The position numbers were made by a program, and so were the translations under genes. Source: Octopus sinensis (lineage: Eukaryota). Taken from it: a stretch of 45,251 nucleotides of DNA. The stretch is from NCBI RefSeq assembly GCF_006345805.1, contig NW_021834822.1:1-45251 (forward strand), written 5' to 3'. The notes beneath the pieces were generated by a model, which did not search any database, was not told the DNA's origin, and worked only from the letters and a program-made list of their open reading frames with translations. Every line of letters starts with the position of its first letter. Within the stretch, counting starts at the first letter, position 1. Positions 1 through 11,312 of this stretch are shown piece by piece.

Positions 1-64
1 TCTATCTATCTATCTATCTGTATATCTATCTATCTCTGTATATCTATCTATCTATCTATCTATC

Positions 65-103
<39 letters not shown>

Positions 104-104
104 C

Positions 105-160
<56 letters not shown>

Positions 161-161
161 G

Positions 162-220
<59 letters not shown>
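1..220. repeat. (TCTA)n microsatellite
   Basis: Near-perfect TCTA tandem array at the window start. Confidence 0.98.
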
Positions 221-221
<1 letters not shown>

Positions 222-966
222 CAACTTTCCCTATGTATGCACATACTGCATTTCTATACCTACACATACATTTTAACTCGTATATATTTATATATTATAT
301 ATATATATATATAATATATATATTATATATATATATATATATCTGCCTTCATACATACATAAATAGATAGATACATACATATATATATACATACTATATA
401 TGCACACGTACATAAGATGTTTGTGTGTAAATACATGTAGAAATAGTGGTATATTTATGCATATGTACGCATATATATGTGTATACATATCGCAGATATA
501 TATGTATAAGTATGTGTGCGTGTATATAAACACGCATATATATATAATTATATTTCTAACATGATTGATCTCTTCAGAGTAGGTTTTTCCGATTATATTT
601 CGAATAAATATTGTCTTTAGATGCTCTATTGAGAGTATGTGCAACCAATTATATTTCCATAAAGTACGTACATACATACATACATGTTTAAGAACATGTG
701 CCCCCTCACAGATACACGCATGCATACATGCATACATGTATATATACATATGTACACACATGCATTCATGCGTATGTACAAACACATACAAACATACACA
801 CACACATACACACAAACACATTCAAATTTATCTGCGCGCGTGAAATGTTGATGTAGACCAAGACAACCTGTTATTAAATACTAGCAATTACAGCTCAAAG
901 TGTTGAGTTCTATACGACTCACCAAGTCGTATACTTACATACATTTTCATGTTTGATATATACACA

Positions 967-997
<31 letters not shown>

Positions 998-1308
998 CAC
1001 ACGAGTGTGCGATTATTTTTGTATAAGCGCTTGTATATATGATATGTATGTGTCTGTGTTTGAGTATGCGTGTGAAAAAATGTATATTTATGTGTTTGTA
1101 TATACACTCACGCAAATATATCCACAGTCTTAAAAGTTTGCTGAGAGCTCGGCGAATGTCTACTTGTAACTGTTAAACTAGGAGATATGAGAATCCTTTC
1201 CTGAGTGAGTCGATTATATCAGTGAACAGTTAGCCAACCATCTTTTGGGTTTTGTAACCCAATGCTTAATGATCATCTAGTGGTGATAATTATGTAGAGT
1301 TTTAAACC

Positions 1309-1505
1309 TGCGAGCTGGCATAATCGTTAGCACACTGGACAAAATGTTCAGCAGCATATCTCCTGCTCTTTTCGTTCTGAGTTCAAATTCCACCGTGGTC
1401 GATTTTGCCTTCCATCCCTTCGGACTTGATAAAATACGTATCAGAAGTGTACTGGCGTCGATGTAATAGACTTTTCCCTCCCCCGGATTTGCTGTCCTTG
1501 GCATT
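1309..1505 (+). mobile_element. tRNA-derived SINE, family A (Deu/Nin-domain type), diverged copy
   Basis: GCGAGCTGGCA head, B-box-like GAGTTCAAATTCC, central GTCGATTTTGCCTTCCATCCCTTCGG..GATAAAA. The family occurs more than 15 times in the window. The Deu/Nin assignment is from recalled consensus. Confidence 0.8.
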
Positions 1506-1679
1506 GGCAGCATATATATATATTTAATTTCATTTGTTAGGGAATAAAAATTCCGGCATAACAGGGGTTCAAATTATTCTCAATGAAGAAATATATATTT
1601 TCATTTAGAGATAGTATGCTCCTTCATCTCACCATATAAAAAATAATTTTTATTTTAAATACCTACTATTTTATAACTT

Positions 1680-1774
1680 GGCTACGCGTGTTTCATGAGG
1701 TACATTTCCCGGTTCCTAAATCACTCCGTGTTTTGCTGGAGCCATTCTTAAAATATAATCCCAATCATCAGGCC
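1680..1774 (-). ncRNA. Type I hammerhead ribozyme motif with long stem-loop II
   Basis: Minus strand reads GGC-CTGATGA-(~70 nt; TGGG...CTCA)-GAAA-CACGCG-TA-GCC: intact core, GUA cleavage triplet, stem I GGC/GCC. The base of stem II is imperfect. Confidence 0.65.
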
Positions 1775-1829
1775 TCTAAATCTCCTTCTCATCGTTCTCC
1801 TTGATTCTCTCCTTGTTTTTTCTGTGTCC

Positions 1830-1865
1830 CTTTCTGTAGAAGGGCGTAGGCTCGAAACGTAAAAG
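1830..1865 (+). ncRNA. Minimal hammerhead-like motif (CUGUAGA core variant) in a PLE-like terminal repeat
   Basis: CTTT-CTGTAGA-A-GGGC(GTAG)GCTC-GAAA-CG-TA-AAAG: stem I CTTT/AAAG, 4-bp stem II, palindromic ACGT stem III. Confidence 0.6.
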
Positions 1866-2071
1866 ACTTTTTCTATTTCGGAGCGTTATATAAATACATC
1901 TGTTTGTTTTGTACACCACTTGTCTTCGTCTTTTGATTTTTTCGTAAACTCCCTCTCTCTCCCTCTCTCTCTCTCTATATATATATATATACATAGTATC
2001 AACGTATTATATATCCGAGAAAGAAAACAAAACACAAACACTCTAAAGTATAGAGCAGCTATGTATTTATT

Positions 2072-2312
2072 TATAGTTAAGTCTATAGCCAGTCATAGAT
2101 TGACCAATTGTTTCGCATCCACTAAGGGCTTAGCCCCGTGGACGGCTTGTCAGTCTCTAAAGCCGAAGACAAATGTAACTCTTCATCCTCGTTTATTATA
2201 TGTGACCTCATTGGGCTATATACCCTGGACACTCTTTTATTATATGGGAAGACTTACATTTGTCTTCGGATTTAGAGTCTGGCGAGCCATCTACGGGCCA
2301 TAGACTTAACTA
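2072..2312. repeat. Fold-back inverted repeat containing a decayed hammerhead (2097-2158, minus strand)
   Basis: Arms 2133-2184/2248-2299 (CCGAAGACAAATGTAA / TTACATTTGTCTTCGG) and 2074-2086/2300-2312 (TAGTTAAGTCTAT / ATAGACTTAACTA). Minus strand reads AGAGA-CTGACAA-GCCGTCCAC...GTGGATGC-GAAA-CAATTGG-TC-AATCT. Confidence 0.75.
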
Positions 2313-2412
2313 CATATGTATATAGTTCAAATTTACAGAAAGGAAAAGACGAAGAGAGGCGAGGAACAATAAGCGGATGCAACGGTTTGACGCTCAGAAC
2401 GAATGGAACGAT

Positions 2413-2448
2413 CTTTGACATTTCGAGCATACGCTCTTCGACAGAGAG
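2413..2448 (-). ncRNA. Minimal hammerhead-like motif (CUGUCGA core variant), related to 1830-1865
   Basis: Minus strand: CTCT-CTGTCGA-A-GAGC(GTAT)GCTC-GAAA-TG-TC-AAAG. Confidence 0.55.
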
Positions 2449-2577
2449 GGTTGAGAGTAAAACAATGGAATGGTAACAAAAAAGGAAAAAATAAATAAAT
2501 AAAACGGTAAGTGAAAAAAATTGTAGGGATTAACGGTTCACACACATAAATGCATAAACACATATGTATATAATCAG

Positions 2578-2791
2578 ACGAGGAGATGCTGAAAAGCTTC
2601 TGGTATTTGGGTAAAGTAAAATAGAAGAGGATCAGTTACTTATGGTTTTTATTCAACAAGTTCCCTTCTAAGATTCACATACAGTTATCGCAGCCTTCCT
2701 TCAGTTATTTTAAACCATGTGAAAGGACTCGAAAGGTTGAGCCTTCAACCAGGATTTTCGCGACACCTTTAAAGCCAGGAAATTTTTCAGC
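2578..2791. mobile_element. Mariner-derived MITE, diverged
   Basis: Imperfect inverted ends ACGAGGAGATGCTGAAAAGCTTCTGG / AAAGCCAGGAAATTTTTCAGC. The outer part of the right TIR is missing. Confidence 0.5.
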
Positions 2792-2899
2792 TGGGAAGAA
2801 TGGATTGTTATACGGGATTCAGTTATCTGCTGCTCCTTGCGTTCAACTCCCACCCGGGAAACTTTGCTTTTCATCTTTTGATTGTGATTAAAATATAAC

Positions 2900-3260
2900 T
2901 CTAGAGTTGTGGATGATTGGTGAATTGTTTGAGCGTCAAAAACATCCAATATCATATGATAGTAGGAGTGGACTCCAAAAATCTGAGAAAAATCAAGAAA
3001 ATTCAAGAGCTGGTCAGAGAGAATAAGAAATTGTGAAAAATAAAGGTGACAAAATCGTCCCTATGGTATTTGGAAAACATGGCACAGAACCCAAACTGCT
3101 ACTTAAGACTCTGGAGGATATTAGCATCGAGACACGCTTGGTCAACCAGCAGAAAAATGCCAACTTGTACTCTGCGTGAATCTACGAAAGATTTTTGTAA
3201 TTTCAGAAAACTTGTCACCAAGCGTCAGATTAGTGTCCATGAAACCAAGAGCTAAAGTAT
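2900..3260 (+). mobile_element. Degenerate 3' end of an R4/Dong-type non-LTR retrotransposon (RLE domain)
   Basis: Hand translation KIVPMVFGKHGTEPKLLLKTLEDISIETRLVNQQKNANLYSA*I resembles the IIPIVIGALG...LQK...ARIL RLE terminus, also seen at 15173-15450. Confidence 0.5.
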
Positions 3261-3494
3261 TTCAAGTGATTCCTTTGTACAACAGCATTCTAGCTGGAAG
3301 GAGAAAACGAAAGGAGAATTTGTAGATTCGTAGCGCTCATCGGAAACCCAATGGTATCTCTATATGTCCATGTAAACCAGCTTGTATACAAATGTATGTC
3401 ACTGCCTATATGTACAAGTGTGTGTCTATAACTGCATGTATATATGTGTGCATCAATCGACGGCTGACAGAGTAAAATATGTTTAAGAGCTGCA

Positions 3495-3583
3495 GGAGGA
3501 GGAGGAAGCGAAGGAGAAGCAGGAGGAAGCGAAGGAGAAGAAGGAGAAGAAGGAGAAGAGAAGGTGGAGGAGAGGAGGAAGAA
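3495..3583. repeat. GA-rich low-complexity tract (GGA/GAA)
   Basis: Near-pure polypurine run. Confidence 0.85.
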
Positions 3584-3707
3584 GTGGCACATTTATGTAA
3601 TGTTGGGACGTCTTCATTTAGCAGACTTAGTCATTTATGGCGATGTTATTTTAGTGCCAGCAGAGGTTGTGACTGAGAGCTTTTAAATAAACATGGCCAG
3701 GAATTGC

Positions 3708-4215
3708 ATATACAAACATACATACATACATACATACATACATACATACACACATACATACATACATACACACATACATACATACATACATACGTACGTA
3801 CATACATACATACATACATACATACATTCATACATACATACATACATACATACATTCATACATACATACATACATACATACATACATACATACATACACA
3901 CACACATACACATACATACATACATACATACATACATACATACATACATACGTACGTACATACATACATACATACATACATACATACATACATTCATACA
4001 TACATACATACATACATACATACGTACGTACATACATACATACATGCATACATACATACATACATACATACATACATTCATACATACATACATACATGCA
4101 TACATACATACATACATACATACATACATACATACATACAAACATACATACATACATACGTACATACATACATACATACACACATACATACATACATACA
4201 TACACACACACATAT
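3708..4215. repeat. (CATA)n microsatellite, ~500 bp
   Basis: Long CATA array. It accounts for the HTYI/MYVC ORFs in the track. Confidence 0.98.
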
Positions 4216-4490
4216 ATATGTGTGTATATGCGTATGCATGTATATATATGTACATATGTTACAAACACGCATGTACATATATACATATAATATACATTTA
4301 CATATAATACTATTATAACACTAGAAGAGACTTTTAGAGATAACATTTAAATGGAGATAGACTGCGTACACACACACACACACACACACACATACACACA
4401 CATGCAGACGTACACATTCATGGATACACACGTGCACTGGTATTTGTTCACGCACATACATACACAATAGTTCTTCACATAGAACACTCA

Positions 4491-4527
<37 letters not shown>

Positions 4528-4540
4528 GCGCACACATATA

Positions 4541-5825
4541 TTGGGTTGTCCGGAAAGTTCGTGCCGATTTTTAAAGGAAAGAAAAAGGTCAATAAATACT
4601 TGCCATTACATTTTTAATCAAACAAATATGAACCATTTTGTTGCACAATGCGTCTTCATTTTTCCTTTAACTTGAAAATACCCTCTTTCCAGAATTGAGG
4701 TGCTTTCATGGCAAATAATTCATCAAGGTATCTATTTACGTCATCCAAGGAATTGAAAGTTTTACCATTAAGACTGTTCTACAGAGCCCTGAATAAGTGG
4801 AAATCCGAAGGAGCAATATCTGGTGAATATGGAGGGTGGGGTAACACATCCCAGCCGAGCTTCAGCAATTTTTATCTGGTTCCCAAAGAAACGTGCGGTC
4901 TTGCATTATCATGTTGGAAAACAACACCCTACCTGTTGGCCAATTCTGGACGTTTCTCTTGAATTGCTGCTTTTAACTCGCCTATTTATGTGCAGTATAT
5001 TTCAGAATTAATTGTCTAGTTACTTGGGAGAAGCTCATAGTACAGAGTTCCTTTCCAGTCTCACCAGACACAAAGCAAGACTTTTTTAGGGTGAAGACCC
5101 GCTTTTGGGGTGGCTAAGGGTGGTACATGTCGCTTACTCCAGGATCGCTTTCTCTGAACATTTCGGTAGATAATCCATTTCTCATCACCTGTCACAATTT
5201 GCTTTAAAAAAGGTGCGTTTTCATTCCGTTTATAAAGCGAATCACAGATGGAAATGCGATCCAAAATGTTCTTCTCACTCAACTTATGTGGTACCCAAAC
5301 ATCGTAGCGATTTGTGTACCGAAGCTTTACCAGGTGGTCGCGAACGACGGATTTTGATAGGTTGAGGCTTTCTGCCAATTTTTGGGTTGTGCAATGTGGG
5401 TTATTCTCAATTAATGACATAATTTGGCCTCCATCTGCAGTGGATGGTCTGCTTGATCGCTCTTTATCAATAAATCTACAATCTCCAGCTAGGAACCTTG
5501 CGAAACACTTCCGTACAGTTCTTTCGGATAAAGAAACATCACCGTAAACTGCGCATATTTCTTTGGTTGCTTGTGAGGCATTTTTTCCTTTACGGAAAAA
5601 GAAAAGCATCAAGTGCAGAAAATGAACTTTCTTATCTTCCATTTTAAAGCGTTACAGAATTAACACATGTTATAGGGACATAAACCTTCTTCCACGAAAA
5701 GATAGCTTAAAATGTGCTCTAAATGGAGGTGTAGTCAAATCCTATTTTTATGGACTCAACCATGTTCTAAAATAAGTCGAAAGGTAAGCTACTATAAATC
5801 GGCACGAACTTTGCGGACAACCCAA
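4541..5825 (-). mobile_element. Full-length mariner (DD34D) transposon, 1285 bp, probably mellifera subfamily
   Basis: 30-bp TIRs TTGGGTTGTCCG(G/C)AAAGTTCGTGCCGATTT at 4541-4570 and 5796-5825 (1 mismatch); TA at 4539-4540 and 5826-5827. Confidence 0.97.
4614..5642 (-). pseudogene. Mariner transposase pseudogene (343 codons, 7 premature stops, no frameshift)
   Basis: WVPHKL, TGDEKW, LCVW*DWKG, HDNARPH and YSPDIAPSDFHLF all read in one frame through to TAA at 4614-4616. Confidence 0.95.
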
Positions 5826-7150
5826 TATATATGCATGTATGTATGTATGTATGTATGTATGTATGTATTTATATATGTATGTATGTACATGCATACATAC
5901 ATATATATATATGTATACATGCAAATGTATACATTTATTTACTGATACAGACATAGATATCATTACATGCAATAGACATTCCTTCAAGCAATATTGGGAA
6001 ACCGTGTGAGGTGATTTTTTGTTTCTTATTCTGAAGAGCGGAGAAGCACGAATTGAGGCCTCATCGGTAAATGCTTGAGTGGGTGTGATGGAGGTAGTGA
6101 ATGGGTGTATTTTATACATTAGTCTTCAAATCCTTGTTTCGTTTCTTTTCTTATCTCAAAAGTTTTATCTTTTGTTGCGTAGAAAAGATCTGATCTAACA
6201 GACATACTTTCTGCTTCTACTGTCATATCTGTTATAAACAAATTTAAGAAACAGACGAAGGAGGGTTTTGTAAACAGATATGGCATTTGTTGTGATAATA
6301 AATATTTGTAGGGGGCAAATAGGGCAGTACCGGTTGAGTCGCTGTGTAGAGTGACAGACAGAATACATTGCTGTATTATCTAGTGGCATTTTTTTCCATT
6401 CAATTCGCTTGGGAAGCTGTTTACCTTTTCATTCTTTATTCTTTCGTTCGATAAAATGAATTTTAGAGTCGAAAGCATTGCGTATCCACAAATAGATTGG
6501 CAGAACAGGGAAAAATACCTGGAGGTATTTTGATAAATTTTCATTACGTTCTGAGCTTAAGTCCCGCCGGAGTCACCTTCTTCTTTAAAAGTTACAGGTC
6601 AATAAAATGAAGAATTGATTTCCCTATTCCTCAATTACGTTACATTTTGCTTAGGATATTAATCAATATTTGAAGTAAAATTTAGCATTGTAATGTTAGC
6701 GTAGTGAAGCGGTTTAGGAATATGGAAACATAGTACAGTAATGTCTTCATACTTCGTGTAGTATATTGTGGAGTAGAAATGTAAAAGAGGACAAAATGAT
6801 TTCCCTTTGTCACAGGGAATGGTCCTGATAAAATTTTCCAGTCTAAAGAAAAAATGTTTGTTAGAATTTTTAAGGTTCCAAATTAGCTTACAAAGTCCTG
6901 TAGAATTACGCTTATGACATTATTTAAAAGTTGGAAGATGATTCGCAACACGGAATTTCAACTCCGTAGAAGATAATCCAATATAAAAGAATTCTTTAGA
7001 TCCAGAGGTAACTTTGCATAGATAAACAACATTTTTAATACGGCAATTTCCATTGTGGATTCAAGTTTTATTCGGGCCACAGTTGCAAGGTCTAAAATCA
7101 TTGATATTATTATTCAAGGAGAGATTTTTGTTAATATTATTAGTGTTATA

Positions 7151-7555
7151 AAGGCGGCGAGCTGGCAGGAACGTTAGCACGCCGGGCGAAATGCTTAGCA
7201 GTATTTCGTCCGTCTTTACGTTCTGGGTTCAAATTCCGTTGAAGTCGACTTTGCTTTTCATCCTTTCGGGGTCAATAAATTAAGTACGAGTTACGCACTG
7301 GAGTCTATGTAATCAACTTAACCCCTTAGTCTGTCCTTGTTTGTCCCCTCCATGTTTAGTCCCTTGTGGGCAATAAAGAAATAAGAAACTGTAGCACGCC
7401 GGGCGATATGCTTAGCGGTATTTCGTCTGTCTTTGCGTTCTGAGTTCAAATTTCGCCGAGGTCGACTTTGCCTTTCATCCTTTCGGGATTCGATAAATTA
7501 AGTACCAGTTACGGACTGGGGTCGATGTAATCGACTTAATGCCTTCCTCCAAATT
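7151..7555 (+). mobile_element. SINE family A, head-to-tail dimer
   Basis: Complete copy 7151-7384 ending CCCTTGTGGGCAATAAAGAAATAA, followed directly by a second body lacking its first ~17 nt. Confidence 0.9.
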
Positions 7556-8129
7556 TGGTTGTTGAAAATTCAGTGGTACCTGGAAATAATGGGAAAGTTC
7601 CTTTCGATAGATTGACGAAATAGGTGTATATATTACACACGCACATACATTATATATCTGTATATATAATGCACACACACACATACACACATATACATAT
7701 ATACATATATACTGACACAATGTGGAAGAAAGATAAGTGAGAACACACACACACATACACACACACACATACACACACATACACACACACACTAACTCAC
7801 ACTCGATGAGTTTTTTTCAAGTGTGTAATACTGTACGTTACTTTCTGTATGACTCACTGTTGGTCACCTGTAAAAGGTTATAGGTTGATACACGCATACA
7901 TACTTACATACATAAAAAAAATACATACATGCAGGCATATACATACACGGATGCACACACATTATACTTATATATACATCAATTTTTCTCTTGCTGTTCG
8001 TCTCCCTCACTCCCTTCCTCTCTCCGTTTCTTTCTGCAATAGGTTATCAGTTAATTTCGGTCACAGAGTGAATGTTAAGAGAAAGATAGCGGAAGACAAT
8101 ATTAGTTAAATAATATCGCCCAATCACAC

Positions 8130-8478
8130 ACACACACGTACGCAAGCAAACACAAACACACACACACAAACATCAGCGATATACATGCATACGCACATAC
8201 ATACACACACATATACACATATATGTAAGTGCATGTATATATATATATGTATATGTGTGTGTGTGTATGTATATATGTATTTATATATAATTATGTATAC
8301 TTATATATACGTGTGTATGTGTGTTTTTGCATAAAAAGCAAATAAACAAAATTAAATCTAAATAGATAGGTAGATAGATATATATTTAGATTACGTGAGT
8401 GAGTCAATAGGAAATGTACATGCATAAATATACATAGATACATATATACATCCATCCATATATATATATGTATATATA

Positions 8479-8541
<63 letters not shown>

Positions 8542-8557
8542 TAGATATATACATGCG

Positions 8558-8591
<34 letters not shown>

Positions 8592-8785
8592 ATATATATA
8601 TATATATGCATATATATACATATTATATATATATATACATATATATACTATATATATATATTACATATATATAATATATAATATATATATATATATATAG
8701 ATATATATATATATATATATATACATATATATAATATATATATATATACATACACACACATATACATATATATATATATATATAC
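8130..8785. repeat. Compound (CA)n/(TA)n/(TAGA)n microsatellite block
   Basis: Visible low-complexity arrays. Confidence 0.9.
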
Positions 8786-9209
8786 ATCGCTGGACGGAAG
8801 GCTGGCCAACCGGTTGGCTGGGAGGTTGTGTCGCTGGCTAGTTGGGAAACTAAATTGATAAGCAAGAGATAAAAGGAATGAACAGAACGGTGGCGGTAGA
8901 CAGATAAAGAGACGGAAATAAGAGGTGTATTGGAGAGAAGAAGCAGAAGCGTTTTATGTGATGGATGGGTTCTGAAGAGGAACAGGGAAGTCACGTGAGG
9001 ACTACGTTGATGAAGATGAAAGCCCAACAACAATAAAAGTAAGGACAATAAAAATGTAAAAGTTGATAAATAAATAATAGGAAAATAAATAAATAAATGA
9101 ATAAATAGATAAATATATATATATATATCTAAAAGGTTAGACTTTGATTTAAACAATAAAACAATTAAAGCAATAAAATAAGAAACGTAATTCATGCACA
9201 GACACAAAC

Positions 9210-9219
9210 ATATATTTAA

Positions 9220-9251
<32 letters not shown>

Positions 9252-9387
9252 ATGTGTGTGTGTGTATATACGTTTATAGGCACATACATATATACGCAAA
9301 AAGGGGTATATAAATACGCACTGCATGTGTGTGCACACAGGTAGTTAATGACTCACGCTGGCATAAAAATTGTTTCTGTGTTTTTGC

Positions 9388-9452
<65 letters not shown>

Positions 9453-9515
9453 CACATATATATACATAAATATACATATACATATATACAAATATATACA
9501 TACACACATACACAC

Positions 9516-9573
<58 letters not shown>

Positions 9574-9657
9574 TTATGGATATATATATGTATGGATATA
9601 TGTATATATACATATATATGGATGAATATAAGTATGTTCGTATGTACTTATTCTGTG

Positions 9658-9723
<66 letters not shown>

Positions 9724-9735
9724 ATATATACATAA
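9210..9735. repeat. (TA)n-rich microsatellite block
   Basis: Long TA runs with TG/CA interruptions. Confidence 0.9.
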
Positions 9736-9981
9736 TAGAAAATGAAAAAAAGAAAATATAATAGAGAATGTACATTTTGATTAGGGCGAGTGATTATTGT
9801 ACTTGTGCGCATGCGTAGATTTATGTGAATTCAAGGATGATAATCCGGCAGCTGTAGATTTTAATGCATGGTGTCATTCATGAGTTTATCCCACAAAAGA
9901 ATAGAAATAAAAAAAAGGAAAAATTGTCCGTCTATCTCTCTCTCTTTTGTGTCTCACCCTCTCTTTCTTTCTCTCTTTTTC

Positions 9982-10061
<80 letters not shown>
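9982..10061. repeat. (TCTA)n microsatellite
   Basis: Perfect array. Confidence 0.97.
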
Positions 10062-10461
10062 GTCATGTGTCATTTGTTTGTGTACATATATATGTATCAC
10101 TCTGTCCATCTCTTCCCGATCTTGACTCACTCTCCCTTCTTTCTCCCTCCTTCTCTCTCTCTCTCTAACATATGTATGATATTTATGGACAATATGGATA
10201 TATAAATACATATTACACATATCATACACACACACACACACACACACACATATCAAAATAAGCAACTTTGACTTGTACAGACAATACCGCACTGACTTGG
10301 TGCTTTAACTTAAGTAACTAATTCAACTGAATCTCAATTATTTCTTATATATATATACATATTACATATACACATATATATATAATATCGTATATATATA
10401 TAATATATGTAATACGTATGTGTATATATATATATATTAAACCTCGCCAAGTTAAATATTT

Positions 10462-10610
10462 AAACCACCTGATGAATGACTGCAACTCGAAAATTTAAAG
10501 AAATTAACAGCCATGAAACGATATTAATTATATTTTTTTAATAATTTTGTTATATATTTAAATAATATAAATTAAATAATCTTATGTATTGGTTTGCCTA
10601 ATAGTGGTTT
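10462..10610 (+). ncRNA. Possible decayed type I hammerhead motif
   Basis: AAACCAC-CTGATGA-ATGACTG...CAGCCAT-GAAA-C...(~80 nt AT-rich)...TA-GTGGTTT: 7-bp stem I and 6/7-bp stem II. Stem III is not convincing. Confidence 0.4.
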
Positions 10611-10668
10611 TATCTCTAATTTAATATAATATATATATATATATATCCTATATTGTACATATTATATA

Positions 10669-11050
10669 CAGCAGTCCCTCGACTATCGTGGATGTTACGT
10701 TCCAAACCACCCCGTGATAGGTGAAAATCCGCGAAGTACAAATGGTACAGTACTTATTATGTTTTAAATTATTTTTATAATTTGTATATATTTATTTTAT
10801 TATAAATGCAAAACAACACCACGGAGATTACAACGACGTAAGATTAAATTAACCTCGATATGGTGATATTGATTACTGTATTTTCTTTTAATATACTTCA
10901 ATTAATATGTTATACACTGCAGGACTTTTTTTTTTATCTATTAATTAATTTTTACTTGTGAAAATGCTTACTTTACCGTAGAAGTAATAAAAATCTAAGA
11001 AAATATGAATCGCAGAAACCGTGATATACTGGTGAGTCCGTGATATAAAT
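10669..11050 (+). mobile_element. Tigger/pogo-like MITE
   Basis: TA|CAGCAGTCCCTCGACTATCG start and internal GTGAAAATCCGCGAAGTA shared with the copy at 22607-22816. The right end is degenerate. Confidence 0.7.
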
Positions 11051-11108
11051 TTACATATATTAGCCAGAAAATTGCGTGTTATTACTGTATATATAATATA
11101 TTATATAT

Positions 11109-11274
11109 AGGCACAGTCGTGACTGTGTGGTAAGAAGATTGTTTCCCAACCATATGGTTCCGGGTTCAGTCCCTCTGCGTAGCACATTTGGCATGTGTCT
11201 TCTGCTATAGCCTCGGGACGACCAAAGCCTTGTGAATGGATTTGGCAGACGGAAACTGAAAGAAGCCCGTCGTA

Positions 11275-11275
<1 letters not shown>
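11109..11275 (+). mobile_element. tRNA-derived CORE-type SINE, family B (5' part)
   Basis: TGTGTGGTAAGAAG head, GGTTCCGGGTTCAGTCCC, GACGGAAACTGAAAGAAGCCCGTCG. Confidence 0.85.
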
Positions 11276-11305
<30 letters not shown>

Positions 11306-11312
11306 CATATTT

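Noticed and set aside
3479-3676. Arg-rich ORF resembling a protamine
   Set aside because: It arises from a GGA/GAA polypurine tract; no supporting gene structure.
3646-4346. Long ORFs (up to 204 aa) of HTYI/MYVC repeats, and similar YI, LSIY and HT ORFs throughout the window
   Set aside because: They are translations of (CATA)n, (TA)n, (TCTA)n and (CA)n microsatellites that lack stop codons, not genes.
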